64,000 nucleotides of DNA from Methanomicrobiales archaeon (GTDB lineage: Archaea > Halobacteriota > Methanomicrobia > Methanomicrobiales > JACTUA01): positions 20,111 to 84,110 of the forward strand of contig JACTUA010000004.1 of NCBI GenBank assembly GCA_015660865.1. Reading direction: 5' to 3'. Position 1 is the first letter of the stretch; every line of letters begins with the position of its first letter. The notes below the pieces were generated by a model. That model made no database searches. It had not been told where the DNA came from and saw nothing but the letters and a program-made list of their open reading frames with translations. Of this stretch, positions 56,511-64,000 are shown in pieces. The position numbers and the translations under genes are program-made.

Positions 56511-57499
56511 CGGATCGAGAGTCCCTTGACCCGGATTCCGGCTTCTTTCACGATCCTGCCCACAACCCGTGATCCGGGGATGAGCTTTTGTATCACTCCA
56601 GCCCCATCTTCGGGAAGGACGTAGGCAAACCCCATGCCCATGTTGAAGGTACGGTACATCTCCACCGGATCGATCTGCCCTTTCTCCTGGATGTAAGGAA
56701 AAACAGGATGGACCGGCAGGGGATCGGTGAACTCAAATCCATAGTGGGTGATCCGGGTGAAGTTGAGGAGGCCGCTCCCTGTCACATGGCACATGCCATG
56801 GACCTCGGTCCTCCGGCAGGCCTCCAGGCTCTCGTGGTAGATCCGGGTCGGGGTGAGCAGGGCCTTTCCGAGGGTCATCCCATCCGGGAGGCGTTTATTA
56901 TACCCGCCCGACTTCTCCACCACCCTTCTTGCAAGGGAGAGGCCGTTCGAGTGGATCCCGCTGGAAGGGACGCCGACGATGCAATCGCCAGGCTTGATCT
57001 TCTCGCCGGTGACGACCTTCTCCCTCTCCTGCACACCCAGGCAGGTCCCGGCGAGGTCCAGGCCGTTCACGAGGCCGGGGAGCTGGGCGGTCTCTCCCCC
57101 GACCAGGTTCAGGTTGGCCTGCCGGGCGCCCTCGTTCAGCCCCTCGCCGATCTGGGCCATCTTCTCCACCGAGAGCAGGTCGGTCGCGATATAGTCCACG
57201 AAAGCAACCGGCTCCACGTTCATGACAAAGAGGTCGTTCGCGTTCATGGCGATGCAGTCGATGCCGACGGTCCGCCAGTCCTTCTCGTGATCGGCGACGA
57301 GCATCTTCGTCCCGACACCGTCGGTGGTGAGTGCGAGGACGTGCTCTCCGAACTCTATGAGGCCCGCGTAGTGGCCCATCCCGCCGAGCATCCCGTAGGG
57401 TCCCTCCCTCCGGAAGCTCACCCTGCCCGTGAGGGCCCCGATTGCCTCTTTGACGAGGTCGATATCGACTCCGGCGGCGCGGTAGGTCTCCCTACCCAT
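56507..57499 (-). CDS. purM: Phosphoribosylformylglycinamidine cyclo-ligase (AIR synthetase)
   Basis: 330 aa with YRAAGVDID and DGVGTK motifs. Confidence 0.95.
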   Translation of the reverse strand: MGRETYRAAGVDIDLVKEAIGALTGRVSFRREGPYGMLGGMGHYAGLIEFGEHVLALTTDGVGTKMLVADHEKDWRTVGIDCIAMNANDLFVMNVEPVAFVDYIATDLLSVEKMAQIGEGLNEGARQANLNLVGGETAQLPGLVNGLDLAGTCLGVQEREKVVTGEKIKPGDCIVGVPSSGIHSNGLSLARRVVEKSGGYNKRLPDGMTLGKALLTPTRIYHESLEACRRTEVHGMCHVTGSGLLNFTRITHYGFEFTDPLPVHPVFPYIQEKGQIDPVEMYRTFNMGMGFAYVLPEDGAGVIQKLIPGSRVVGRIVKEAGIRVKGLSIR

Positions 57500-58892
57500 C
57501 CTGCTCCTCCGAGAGCCTCAACTCCTCGTGGAGCACCCGCACCGCCTTCGGGCCGTCTGACTCCTTCACCACGAAGGAGATGTTCACCTCCGAGGACCCC
57601 TGGGAGATCATCATGATGTTCACACCTGCAAGGCCGAGGGCCGTGAAGATCCTCCCCGAGATCCCGGGGGTGCCGATCATCCCTGCCCCCACCACCGCAA
57701 CAGCGGCGACATCGGGGTTTGCGGTCACGTCGCGGACGATCCCCTGCTGGACCATGGGCTTCAGCGCTTCGGCAGCGATCTCCATATGATCGAGCTCCAC
57801 GATGATGGAGATGTTTGCCTCCGAGGATCCCTGCGAGATCATCATGACGTTCACCTCCTTGTCGGCGAGGGCGGTGAAGATGGCCCGGGCAACGCCGGGC
57901 CTCCCGATCATCTGGGCCCCGTTCACATTGATGAGGGCGACGCCGGTGATGTGGGTGAGCGCCTTCACGACCCGGCGGGCCCTCCTTTTCTCCTTCGTAA
58001 TGCAGGTCCCCGGGTGCGAGGGGTTGAAGGTGTTCTTCACCCTGATAGGGATCCCCTTCCTCATTGCGGGCTCGATGGAACGGGGGTGCATCACCTTTGC
58101 GCCGAAGAAGGAGAGTTCCATCGCCTCCAGGTACGAGACTGAGGGGAGGACCCGGGCCTCCCTGACCAGGCGGGGGTCGGTGGTCATGATGCCGTCCACG
58201 TCGGTCCAGATCCAGATCTCGTCTGCACCGATGGCAGCCCCGACCACGGTTGCCGAGTAGTCCGAGCCGCTGCGGCCGAGGGTGGTGGTAATCCCCTGCG
58301 GGGTGCACCCCATGTAGCCCATGATGACCGGCACCGAGTCCTGGAGGAGGGGGAGGATCCGGCCCCGGATCTTCGCCTCGGACTCGGGGATGACGATCCC
58401 GTCTCCATGGGTGGCGGTGGTCGTGATCCCTGCCTCGCAGCCGTCGAGGACCACCGACGGGATACCCCGCTGCCTGAGGGCGGCACGGATGACCGGTGCC
58501 GAGAGGCGCTCCCCGAAGGAGATGATGTAATCCCGGGACCTCGGGGTCAGCTCCCGCAGGTTGTTCAGGCCCATGAACATATTCCTCAGGTCCGAGAGCC
58601 TCCCTTCAAGGATACGGCCCGTCTCCTCCAGGTAATCGGGGGCGGCCACCTCGAGGGCCTTCCGGTGCCTCTCCCTGAGCTGAGTAATGAAGGGCTCGAT
58701 TCCTGGCTTCTCCTTGCAGGTCACCACCTCGTTCGCCATCTCGATGATCTGGTTCGTCACCCCGGACATGGCGGAGACGACCACCCCGAGCTCATGCCCC
58801 TCTTCATGGTACGGCTCGAGGATATCCACCACCTTTCTGATGCGGTCCCCGTCCCCGACAGAGGTACCTCCGAATTTCATCAGGAGCCTCAT
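57492..58892 (-). CDS. lysC: Aspartate kinase (two C-terminal ACT domains)
   Basis: 466 aa with KFGGTSV and duplicated ACT-like segments (NVMMISQGSSE twice). It overlaps the purM start by 8 nt. Confidence 0.9.
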   Translation of the reverse strand: MRLLMKFGGTSVGDGDRIRKVVDILEPYHEEGHELGVVVSAMSGVTNQIIEMANEVVTCKEKPGIEPFITQLRERHRKALEVAAPDYLEETGRILEGRLSDLRNMFMGLNNLRELTPRSRDYIISFGERLSAPVIRAALRQRGIPSVVLDGCEAGITTTATHGDGIVIPESEAKIRGRILPLLQDSVPVIMGYMGCTPQGITTTLGRSGSDYSATVVGAAIGADEIWIWTDVDGIMTTDPRLVREARVLPSVSYLEAMELSFFGAKVMHPRSIEPAMRKGIPIRVKNTFNPSHPGTCITKEKRRARRVVKALTHITGVALINVNGAQMIGRPGVARAIFTALADKEVNVMMISQGSSEANISIIVELDHMEIAAEALKPMVQQGIVRDVTANPDVAAVAVVGAGMIGTPGISGRIFTALGLAGVNIMMISQGSSEVNISFVVKESDGPKAVRVLHEELRLSEEQDG

Positions 58893-58948
58893 AGATCCCC
58901 TCGCAATCCCTGCAGTTTTTATCTATATACGATCCAAGTACTAATAAG

Positions 58949-60577
58949 ATGCGTGCAGACGATACGGTGGAGTGTCACGTCCTCGTCATCGGGAGCGGGG
59001 GTGCCGGCGTGCGGGCGGCCATCGAGGCCGAGAAGCACGGGGATACGGTGCTCGTCTCCAAGTCCCTCGCCGGGAAGGGCGGGTGCACCCCGATGGCGGA
59101 GGGCGGCTACAACGCGGCCCTCAGGGAGGGGGACTCCTGCGTGCTCCACAAGGAGGACACCATCCGGGGCGGGGCCTACCTGAACAACCCGGAGCTCGTG
59201 GATATCCTGGTGAACGAGGCGCCGGAGCGGTTCCTCGAGCTGGTGAGGTGGGGAGCGGTCTTCGACCGGACCGAGGAAGGGGAGTGGGCCCAGCGGTCCT
59301 TCGGGGGCCAGCGGATCCCCCGGACCTGCTATGCCGGTGACCGGACCGGCCATGAGATGATGATGACCCTCCTCGAGCGCCTCCGGGCGAGCAATGTCTC
59401 GGTCCTCCAGGAGGTCTCCATCATCGACCTCCTGAAGCGGGAAGGGAGGGTGGTCGGTGCGGTCGCCCTCGACAGGAACGGGGAGCTCACGGCCTTCCAG
59501 GCCGACGCAACCATCCTCGCCACCGGGGGAGCTGCAAGGATATACGACATCTCCACCAACTCCGCGACCGGCACCGGCGACGGGTTCGCGATGGGCTACC
59601 GGGCAGGGGCGGAGCTCATCGATATGGAGATGGTCCAGTTCCATCCGACAGGGGCTGTCTACCCCTATGACGCCCGGGGCCGGCTCGTGACCGAGGCGGT
59701 GCGGGGCGAGGGGGGCATCCTCCTGAACTCGAAGGGCGAGCGGTTCATGGAGCGGTACGACCCCGAGCGGATGGAGCTCTCGACCCGGGATGTCGTCGCC
59801 CGCTCCATCGCCAGGGAGATCGCCGAGGGCAGGGCGACCCCCCACTACGGGGTCTACCTGGACGTGACCCACCTCTCTCCCGAAAAGATCGAGGAGAAGC
59901 TCCCCATGATGCTCGAGCAGTTCCTCGCGTTCGGGACTGACATCAGGAAAGAGAAGATGGAGGTGGCGCCCAGTGCCCACCACTTCATGGGCGGGCTCAG
60001 GATCACCCCGAGATGCGAGACCACGGTCCCCGGCCTCTATGCCTGCGGCGAGGCCGCGGGCGGGGTCCATGGCGCAAACCGGCTGGGCGGGAACTCCCTC
60101 GCCGAGACACAGGTCTTCGGGAGGCGTGCGGGTGATACTGCGGGGAGAGCCCCATCCCGGGGGACCCGGATCGACACGCGGCAGCTCGAGAATTACCGGC
60201 GGAAGCTGGACGAGTTCCACTCGGGCGGGGTGAACCCGGTCACCGTGGTGAAGAAGCTCCAGGAGGCGATGTGGAACGGGGCAGGGATCACGAGGAACGT
60301 CCATGACCTGGAGCGGACCCTCGTGGATGTGGAGAAGCTCGCGAAGAAGAAGCTCCTTGCCCAGACGCCCATGAACCGTGCCGAGTGCTTCACCGTGCAG
60401 AACATGTGCCTGGTAGCATCTCTCGTGATACGGTCGGCCCTCCTCAGGGGCGAGTCCCGGGGGGCACATGTCCGGACCGACATCTTCCAGAGCTGGGACG
60501 CGGCGAACTCCCCGTATGGCCATACCTACATCTCCATCCACCATGCGGGAATCGAGGAACGGAAGGTGCCGGCATGA
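58949..60577 (+). CDS. tfrA: Thiol:fumarate reductase subunit A (fumarate reductase flavoprotein)
   Basis: 542 aa with FAD motif VIGSGGAG and HPTG/RxxxxE catalytic blocks. It is paired with a TfrB-type subunit downstream. Confidence 0.85.
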   Translation: MRADDTVECHVLVIGSGGAGVRAAIEAEKHGDTVLVSKSLAGKGGCTPMAEGGYNAALREGDSCVLHKEDTIRGGAYLNNPELVDILVNEAPERFLELVRWGAVFDRTEEGEWAQRSFGGQRIPRTCYAGDRTGHEMMMTLLERLRASNVSVLQEVSIIDLLKREGRVVGAVALDRNGELTAFQADATILATGGAARIYDISTNSATGTGDGFAMGYRAGAELIDMEMVQFHPTGAVYPYDARGRLVTEAVRGEGGILLNSKGERFMERYDPERMELSTRDVVARSIAREIAEGRATPHYGVYLDVTHLSPEKIEEKLPMMLEQFLAFGTDIRKEKMEVAPSAHHFMGGLRITPRCETTVPGLYACGEAAGGVHGANRLGGNSLAETQVFGRRAGDTAGRAPSRGTRIDTRQLENYRRKLDEFHSGGVNPVTVVKKLQEAMWNGAGITRNVHDLERTLVDVEKLAKKKLLAQTPMNRAECFTVQNMCLVASLVIRSALLRGESRGAHVRTDIFQSWDAANSPYGHTYISIHHAGIEERKVPA

Positions 60578-60725
60578 AAATGGCTGATGCCATTTTCAAA
60601 TGGCTGTGCCAGCAAGAAAACGGGGATCTCCCGTTTTCAAATGGCTGCGCCAGCAGGAAAATGCCTGACGTCGTTTTCGAGTGGCTGGTCGCCAGCATGA
60701 AACGGCTGATGCCGGTTTCAAGAGG
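60576..60725 (+). repeat. Four tandem ~40-42-nt double-hairpin units filling the tfrA-tfrB junction
   Basis: Units are at 60576-60615, 60616-60656, 60657-60698 and 60699-60725. Each unit is GAAAA-N-TTTTC hairpin plus a TGGCTG-N-CCAGC hairpin. Hairpin 1 is GAAAATGGC/GCCATTTTC and hairpin 2 is GAAAACGGG/CCCGTTTTC. Confidence 0.8.
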
Positions 60726-60737
60726 CGGAGGCGCCGG

Positions 60738-62213
60738 ATGAAACGTTTCACCGTGACGGTGTACCGGCATAACCCCGCGAAGGACCAGCGCTCCCGGTAC
60801 CAGACGTATACCGTCGCGGTCGAGGAGGGAGCCAGGGTTCTCCACCTCCTTCACGCCATCCATGCAGAGGACCCGAGCCTCTCATACCGGTACTGCTGCG
60901 GGACCGGCCAGTGCGGTTCCTGCGCGGTGAGGGTGAACGGGGAGCCGGTCCTCGCCTGCATGACCGAGGCCCGGGACGGGATGGTCATCGATCCCCTGAA
61001 CCTCCCGGTGAAGAAGGACCTTCTCGTGGACATGGAACCGGTCCTCGGGAAGATCGCGTCCATCGTCCCGAAGGATGTTGAGTGCATCCCCTCCCGGGAC
61101 GAGGTGGAGGCCCTGAAACCGCTCAGGTCCTGCATCGAGTGCCTGGCCTGCGTCTCGGTCTGCCCGGCGATGGAGGTGGCCGAGTTCGCCGGCCCCCTCT
61201 CGATGAAGCAGGAGATGCGGCTTGCCATCGATCCCAGGGACTCCTGCGACCGGATCACCGATGCCATCCGCGACGGCCTCTTCATGTGCACCACCTGCCA
61301 GTATTGCTGGAAGGTCTGCCCGAAGAAGATCGAGATTCCGGGGAAAGCCATCGAGAAGCTCCGGAGGATGGCGAACCAGAGGGGGCTCACCCTGCCAAGG
61401 CACGCGGAGGTCGCAACCCTCATCAGTGAGACGGGCCGGTCGGTCCCGAAGAACCAGCCGACCTTCCTCGACCAGGTCCCCGAGGTCATCGAGCCCGCAG
61501 GCCCGGTCCGGGGGACGGTGGGGTTCTTCGTGGGGTGCATGTACAACAACCGCCTCCCCCAGACGGCGCTCGACGCCATGGAGGTCCTGTCGAGGAACGG
61601 GATACGGGTGATCATCCCCCACGAACAGGTCTGCTGCGGCTCGCCCCTCATCCGCACAGGCCAGACCGACATCCTCCCTGACCTCATGGAGAAGAACATC
61701 GCCGCCTTCACCTGTCGGGGGATAGACACCGTCGTGACCATGTGTGCGGGGTGCGGATCCACCCTGAAGAACGACTATCGCACCCCCTTCGTGGTGAAGG
61801 ACGTGAACGAGATCCTCACCGAGATCGGGATCGAGGAGCCTGCCCGGCTCCCGATCCGGGTCGCGTACCATGACCCCTGCCACCTCCTCCGCGGCCAGGG
61901 GATCCAGAAACAACCCCGGGAGCTCATCGCCCGGGTCGCCGAGCTGGTCGAGCTTCCCGTGAAGTGCTGCGGGGCAGGGGGAGGGACCCGCTCGGGCCAG
62001 CCCGAGGTCTCGAAAGCCCTCGCCGGAAAGAGGGCCGAGGAGATCGAAAAGGCAGGTGTGGAATGGGTGATCTCCTCGTGCCCCTTCTGCGAGTTCCATA
62101 TCGGCGAGCACTCGAAGAGGCCGGTGAAGAACATCACCACGCTCCTCCTCGAGGGATACCGGCGCAAGGACCAGGACCGGGGAGGGGAAGCCGGCGAATC
62201 GGCGGCTGCATGA
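60738..62213 (+). CDS. tfrB: Thiol:fumarate reductase subunit B (Fe-S subunit fused to HdrB-like CCG domains)
   Basis: The ATG at 60738 gives MKRFTVTVYRHNP.... It has a 2Fe-2S (CGTGQCGSCAV) and 4Fe-4S motifs, then two CCG-type Cys-rich domains (VCCGSP..., KCCGAGGG). Confidence 0.85.
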   Translation: MKRFTVTVYRHNPAKDQRSRYQTYTVAVEEGARVLHLLHAIHAEDPSLSYRYCCGTGQCGSCAVRVNGEPVLACMTEARDGMVIDPLNLPVKKDLLVDMEPVLGKIASIVPKDVECIPSRDEVEALKPLRSCIECLACVSVCPAMEVAEFAGPLSMKQEMRLAIDPRDSCDRITDAIRDGLFMCTTCQYCWKVCPKKIEIPGKAIEKLRRMANQRGLTLPRHAEVATLISETGRSVPKNQPTFLDQVPEVIEPAGPVRGTVGFFVGCMYNNRLPQTALDAMEVLSRNGIRVIIPHEQVCCGSPLIRTGQTDILPDLMEKNIAAFTCRGIDTVVTMCAGCGSTLKNDYRTPFVVKDVNEILTEIGIEEPARLPIRVAYHDPCHLLRGQGIQKQPRELIARVAELVELPVKCCGAGGGTRSGQPEVSKALAGKRAEEIEKAGVEWVISSCPFCEFHIGEHSKRPVKNITTLLLEGYRRKDQDRGGEAGESAAA

Positions 62214-64000
62214 CGGTAGATGGGAGGAGACCCGGAAAAAGCGGACAACCCCCCGGGGAATCTGCCGATATCCGGGTCCTCATCGTCCTCTCCAGCCTAG
62301 ATCTCATAGAATATGCGAGGAACGACCTGCAGTCGGAAGGGTGCTTCAGGGTCGAGATGGCCCGGTCGGGCGAGGAGGCCCTGGAGAGGCTGAAGATCTC
62401 GGAGTTCGATGCCATCGTTTCCGGGCTGCACCTCCCGGGAATGAGCGGGATCGCCCTCCTCCAGAGCTTCCGGTGCGGTGGTAACTGGACGCCCTTCATC
62501 ATCCTCACAGCGGGGCCCGACATGAAGACCGTCCTTTCCGCCTTCAACAATGGCGTATCGGCCTTCATCGATACCGGGACAGAGGGGGGTCTCCTCCCGG
62601 GCAATCTCTGCATGGCTGTCATCAGGGCTGTGGAGGAACACCGGTCCCTGCTCGCGATCAGGAAGGAGAGGGACCAGTTCAGGGTCATTCTCTCGGCCCA
62701 GAAGACGGGCCTTGCCCTCATCAACCAGGACCTCACCATCGCGTGGGCGAACGAGGAGACACGGAGGCTCTTTCCCGGCCGGGAACCCGTGGGGGTGGTG
62801 TGCCACGTGTTCTATGAAGGACTGGACCACGCGTGCGAGCCCTGCCCGACAATCCGCACCTTCGAGACGGGCACCATCCAGGAGGACGAGCGCTACAACC
62901 CCCTCGACGGGAGATGGTACCATATCATCACCCAACCTGTGCGGAACAGTGAGGGGCGGGTGGTCCAGGTGCTCGAGGGGATCACCGATGTCACGGACCG
63001 GAGACGGGCCGAGGAAGCCCTCCGTCTCTCCCGGGAGAATTACCGGGATCTCGTCGAGAACGCGAACAGCATCATCTTCCGCTCGGACAAGGAGGGGAAC
63101 ATCACCTTCTTCAATGACTTTGCCCAGAAGTTCTTCGGGTTCTCTGCCGGGGAGATCCTGGGGAGGAATGTTATCGGCACCATCGTTCCGGCGAGCGACA
63201 GCGCAGGGAGGGACCTGGTTGCCATGATCCGGGAGATCAGGGAGCACCCGGACGGGTACCAGAACAACGAGAACGAGAATATCAGGAAGAACGGGGAACG
63301 GGTCTGGATCTCCTGGACGAACCGGGCCATCTACAACGAGAAGGGGGAGTTCGTGGAGCTCCTCTCCGTAGGAAATGACATCACCGACCGGAAGCGGGCC
63401 GAGGAGGGACTCAGTGCCGCGAATAAGAAACTAAACCTCCTCTCGAACGTCACCCGCCATGACGTCCTGAATCAGCTGAACGTCCTTGCCGGCTACCTGG
63501 GCTTGGTAAGGGACAAGGTCAGTGATGTGGATACCGCCGCCCTCCTCTCCCGGGCATGGGACTCGGCCTGGACCATCCGCAAACTCATCGCGTTTACCAA
63601 GGATTACCAGGAGATAGGCGTCCATTCTCCCTGTTGGCATGGTATCGCATCCACGGTGGCAATGGCCTCTTCTACGCTCGATCTGGAAGGGATCGCCCTT
63701 GAGCTGGATGTGGGGGACCTCCAGATCTATGCCGATCCCCTCCTGGAGAAGGTCTTCTACGCCCTCCTGGACAATGCCCTCCGGCATGGGGAGCGCATCG
63801 ACCGGATCCGCATCTCCTGCCGCCATGAAGGCGGGGATCTGGCGGTCGTCGTGGAGGATAACGGGGTCGGGATACCGGCGGAGGAGAAGAAGAAGATCTT
63901 CGCCCGTGGCACGGGGAGGAACACCGGTTACGGGCTCTTCATCGCCCGGGAGATCCTCTCCATCACGGGGCTCTCCATTGCAGAGACAGGGACCTTCGGG
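62210..64000 (+). CDS. Hybrid sensor histidine kinase (degenerate receiver, two PAS domains, HisKA-like H-box, HATPase); 3' end outside the window
   Basis: Not in the ORF track because no stop falls within the window. The frame is open from the ATG at 62210 (ATGA overlap with the tfrB stop) to 64000. The H-box is NVTRHDVLNQL, the N-box LLDNALRHG, G1 VEDNGVGIP and G2 GYGLFIAREI. Confidence 0.8.
   Translation, partial: MTVDGRRPGKSGQPPGESADIRVLIVLSSLDLIEYARNDLQSEGCFRVEMARSGEEALERLKISEFDAIVSGLHLPGMSGIALLQSFRCGGNWTPFIILTAGPDMKTVLSAFNNGVSAFIDTGTEGGLLPGNLCMAVIRAVEEHRSLLAIRKERDQFRVILSAQKTGLALINQDLTIAWANEETRRLFPGREPVGVVCHVFYEGLDHACEPCPTIRTFETGTIQEDERYNPLDGRWYHIITQPVRNSEGRVVQVLEGITDVTDRRRAEEALRLSRENYRDLVENANSIIFRSDKEGNITFFNDFAQKFFGFSAGEILGRNVIGTIVPASDSAGRDLVAMIREIREHPDGYQNNENENIRKNGERVWISWTNRAIYNEKGEFVELLSVGNDITDRKRAEEGLSAANKKLNLLSNVTRHDVLNQLNVLAGYLGLVRDKVSDVDTAALLSRAWDSAWTIRKLIAFTKDYQEIGVHSPCWHGIASTVAMASSTLDLEGIALELDVGDLQIYADPLLEKVFYALLDNALRHGERIDRIRISCRHEGGDLAVVVEDNGVGIPAEEKKKIFARGTGRNTGYGLFIAREILSITGLSIAETGTFG

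Noticed and set aside
60385-60741. 118-aa track ORF running from inside tfrA through the tfrA-tfrB spacer.
   Set aside because: The first ~63 codons are an out-of-frame overlap with the conserved tfrA C-terminus. Only the last 55 codons, from the ATG at 60574, could be real. That possibility is reported as a finding rather than as a feature.

Overview
High-G+C archaeal chromosome segment. By gene content it comes from a hydrogenotrophic methanogen of the Methanomicrobiales type: frhADGB F420-reducing hydrogenase, mptA, an MfnE-like kinase, tfrAB thiol:fumarate reductase, the archaeal thiolase/HMG-CoA synthase/DUF35 cluster plus HMG-CoA reductase, and many archaeal translation and ribosome-biogenesis genes. 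About 70 protein genes are densely packed on both strands, many joined by ATGA or 1-10 nt junctions. There are 3 tRNAs (Asn-GUU, a CAU tRNA, initiator Met) and the SRP 7S RNA. The Orc1/Cdc6 gene has a canonical origin immediately upstream: inverted ORB boxes flank an AT-rich unwinding element. About 1.7 kb downstream of cdc6 lies a second, unusual 0.75 kb non-coding array of long ORB-bearing repeats phased at 177-178 bp, two of them preceded by BRE/TATA-like boxes. Other structure not explained by genes: (1) a four-unit tandem double-hairpin array that exactly fills the tfrA-tfrB junction; (2) a MITE-like family of G5/C5 hairpin units at six or more loci; (3) a second family of small tandem hairpins placed just after stop codons, one of which encodes the C-terminal tail of hmgA; (4) an AT-rich island carrying an Imm5-like gene flanked by the MITE-like units; (5) a 13-nt degenerate tandem repeat between two convergent genes. 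Most long ORFs in the track that lie antisense to, or N-terminally extend, the genes listed here are GC-rich shadow ORFs. All functional calls come from reading the translations and recognising families and motifs; no database search was possible.
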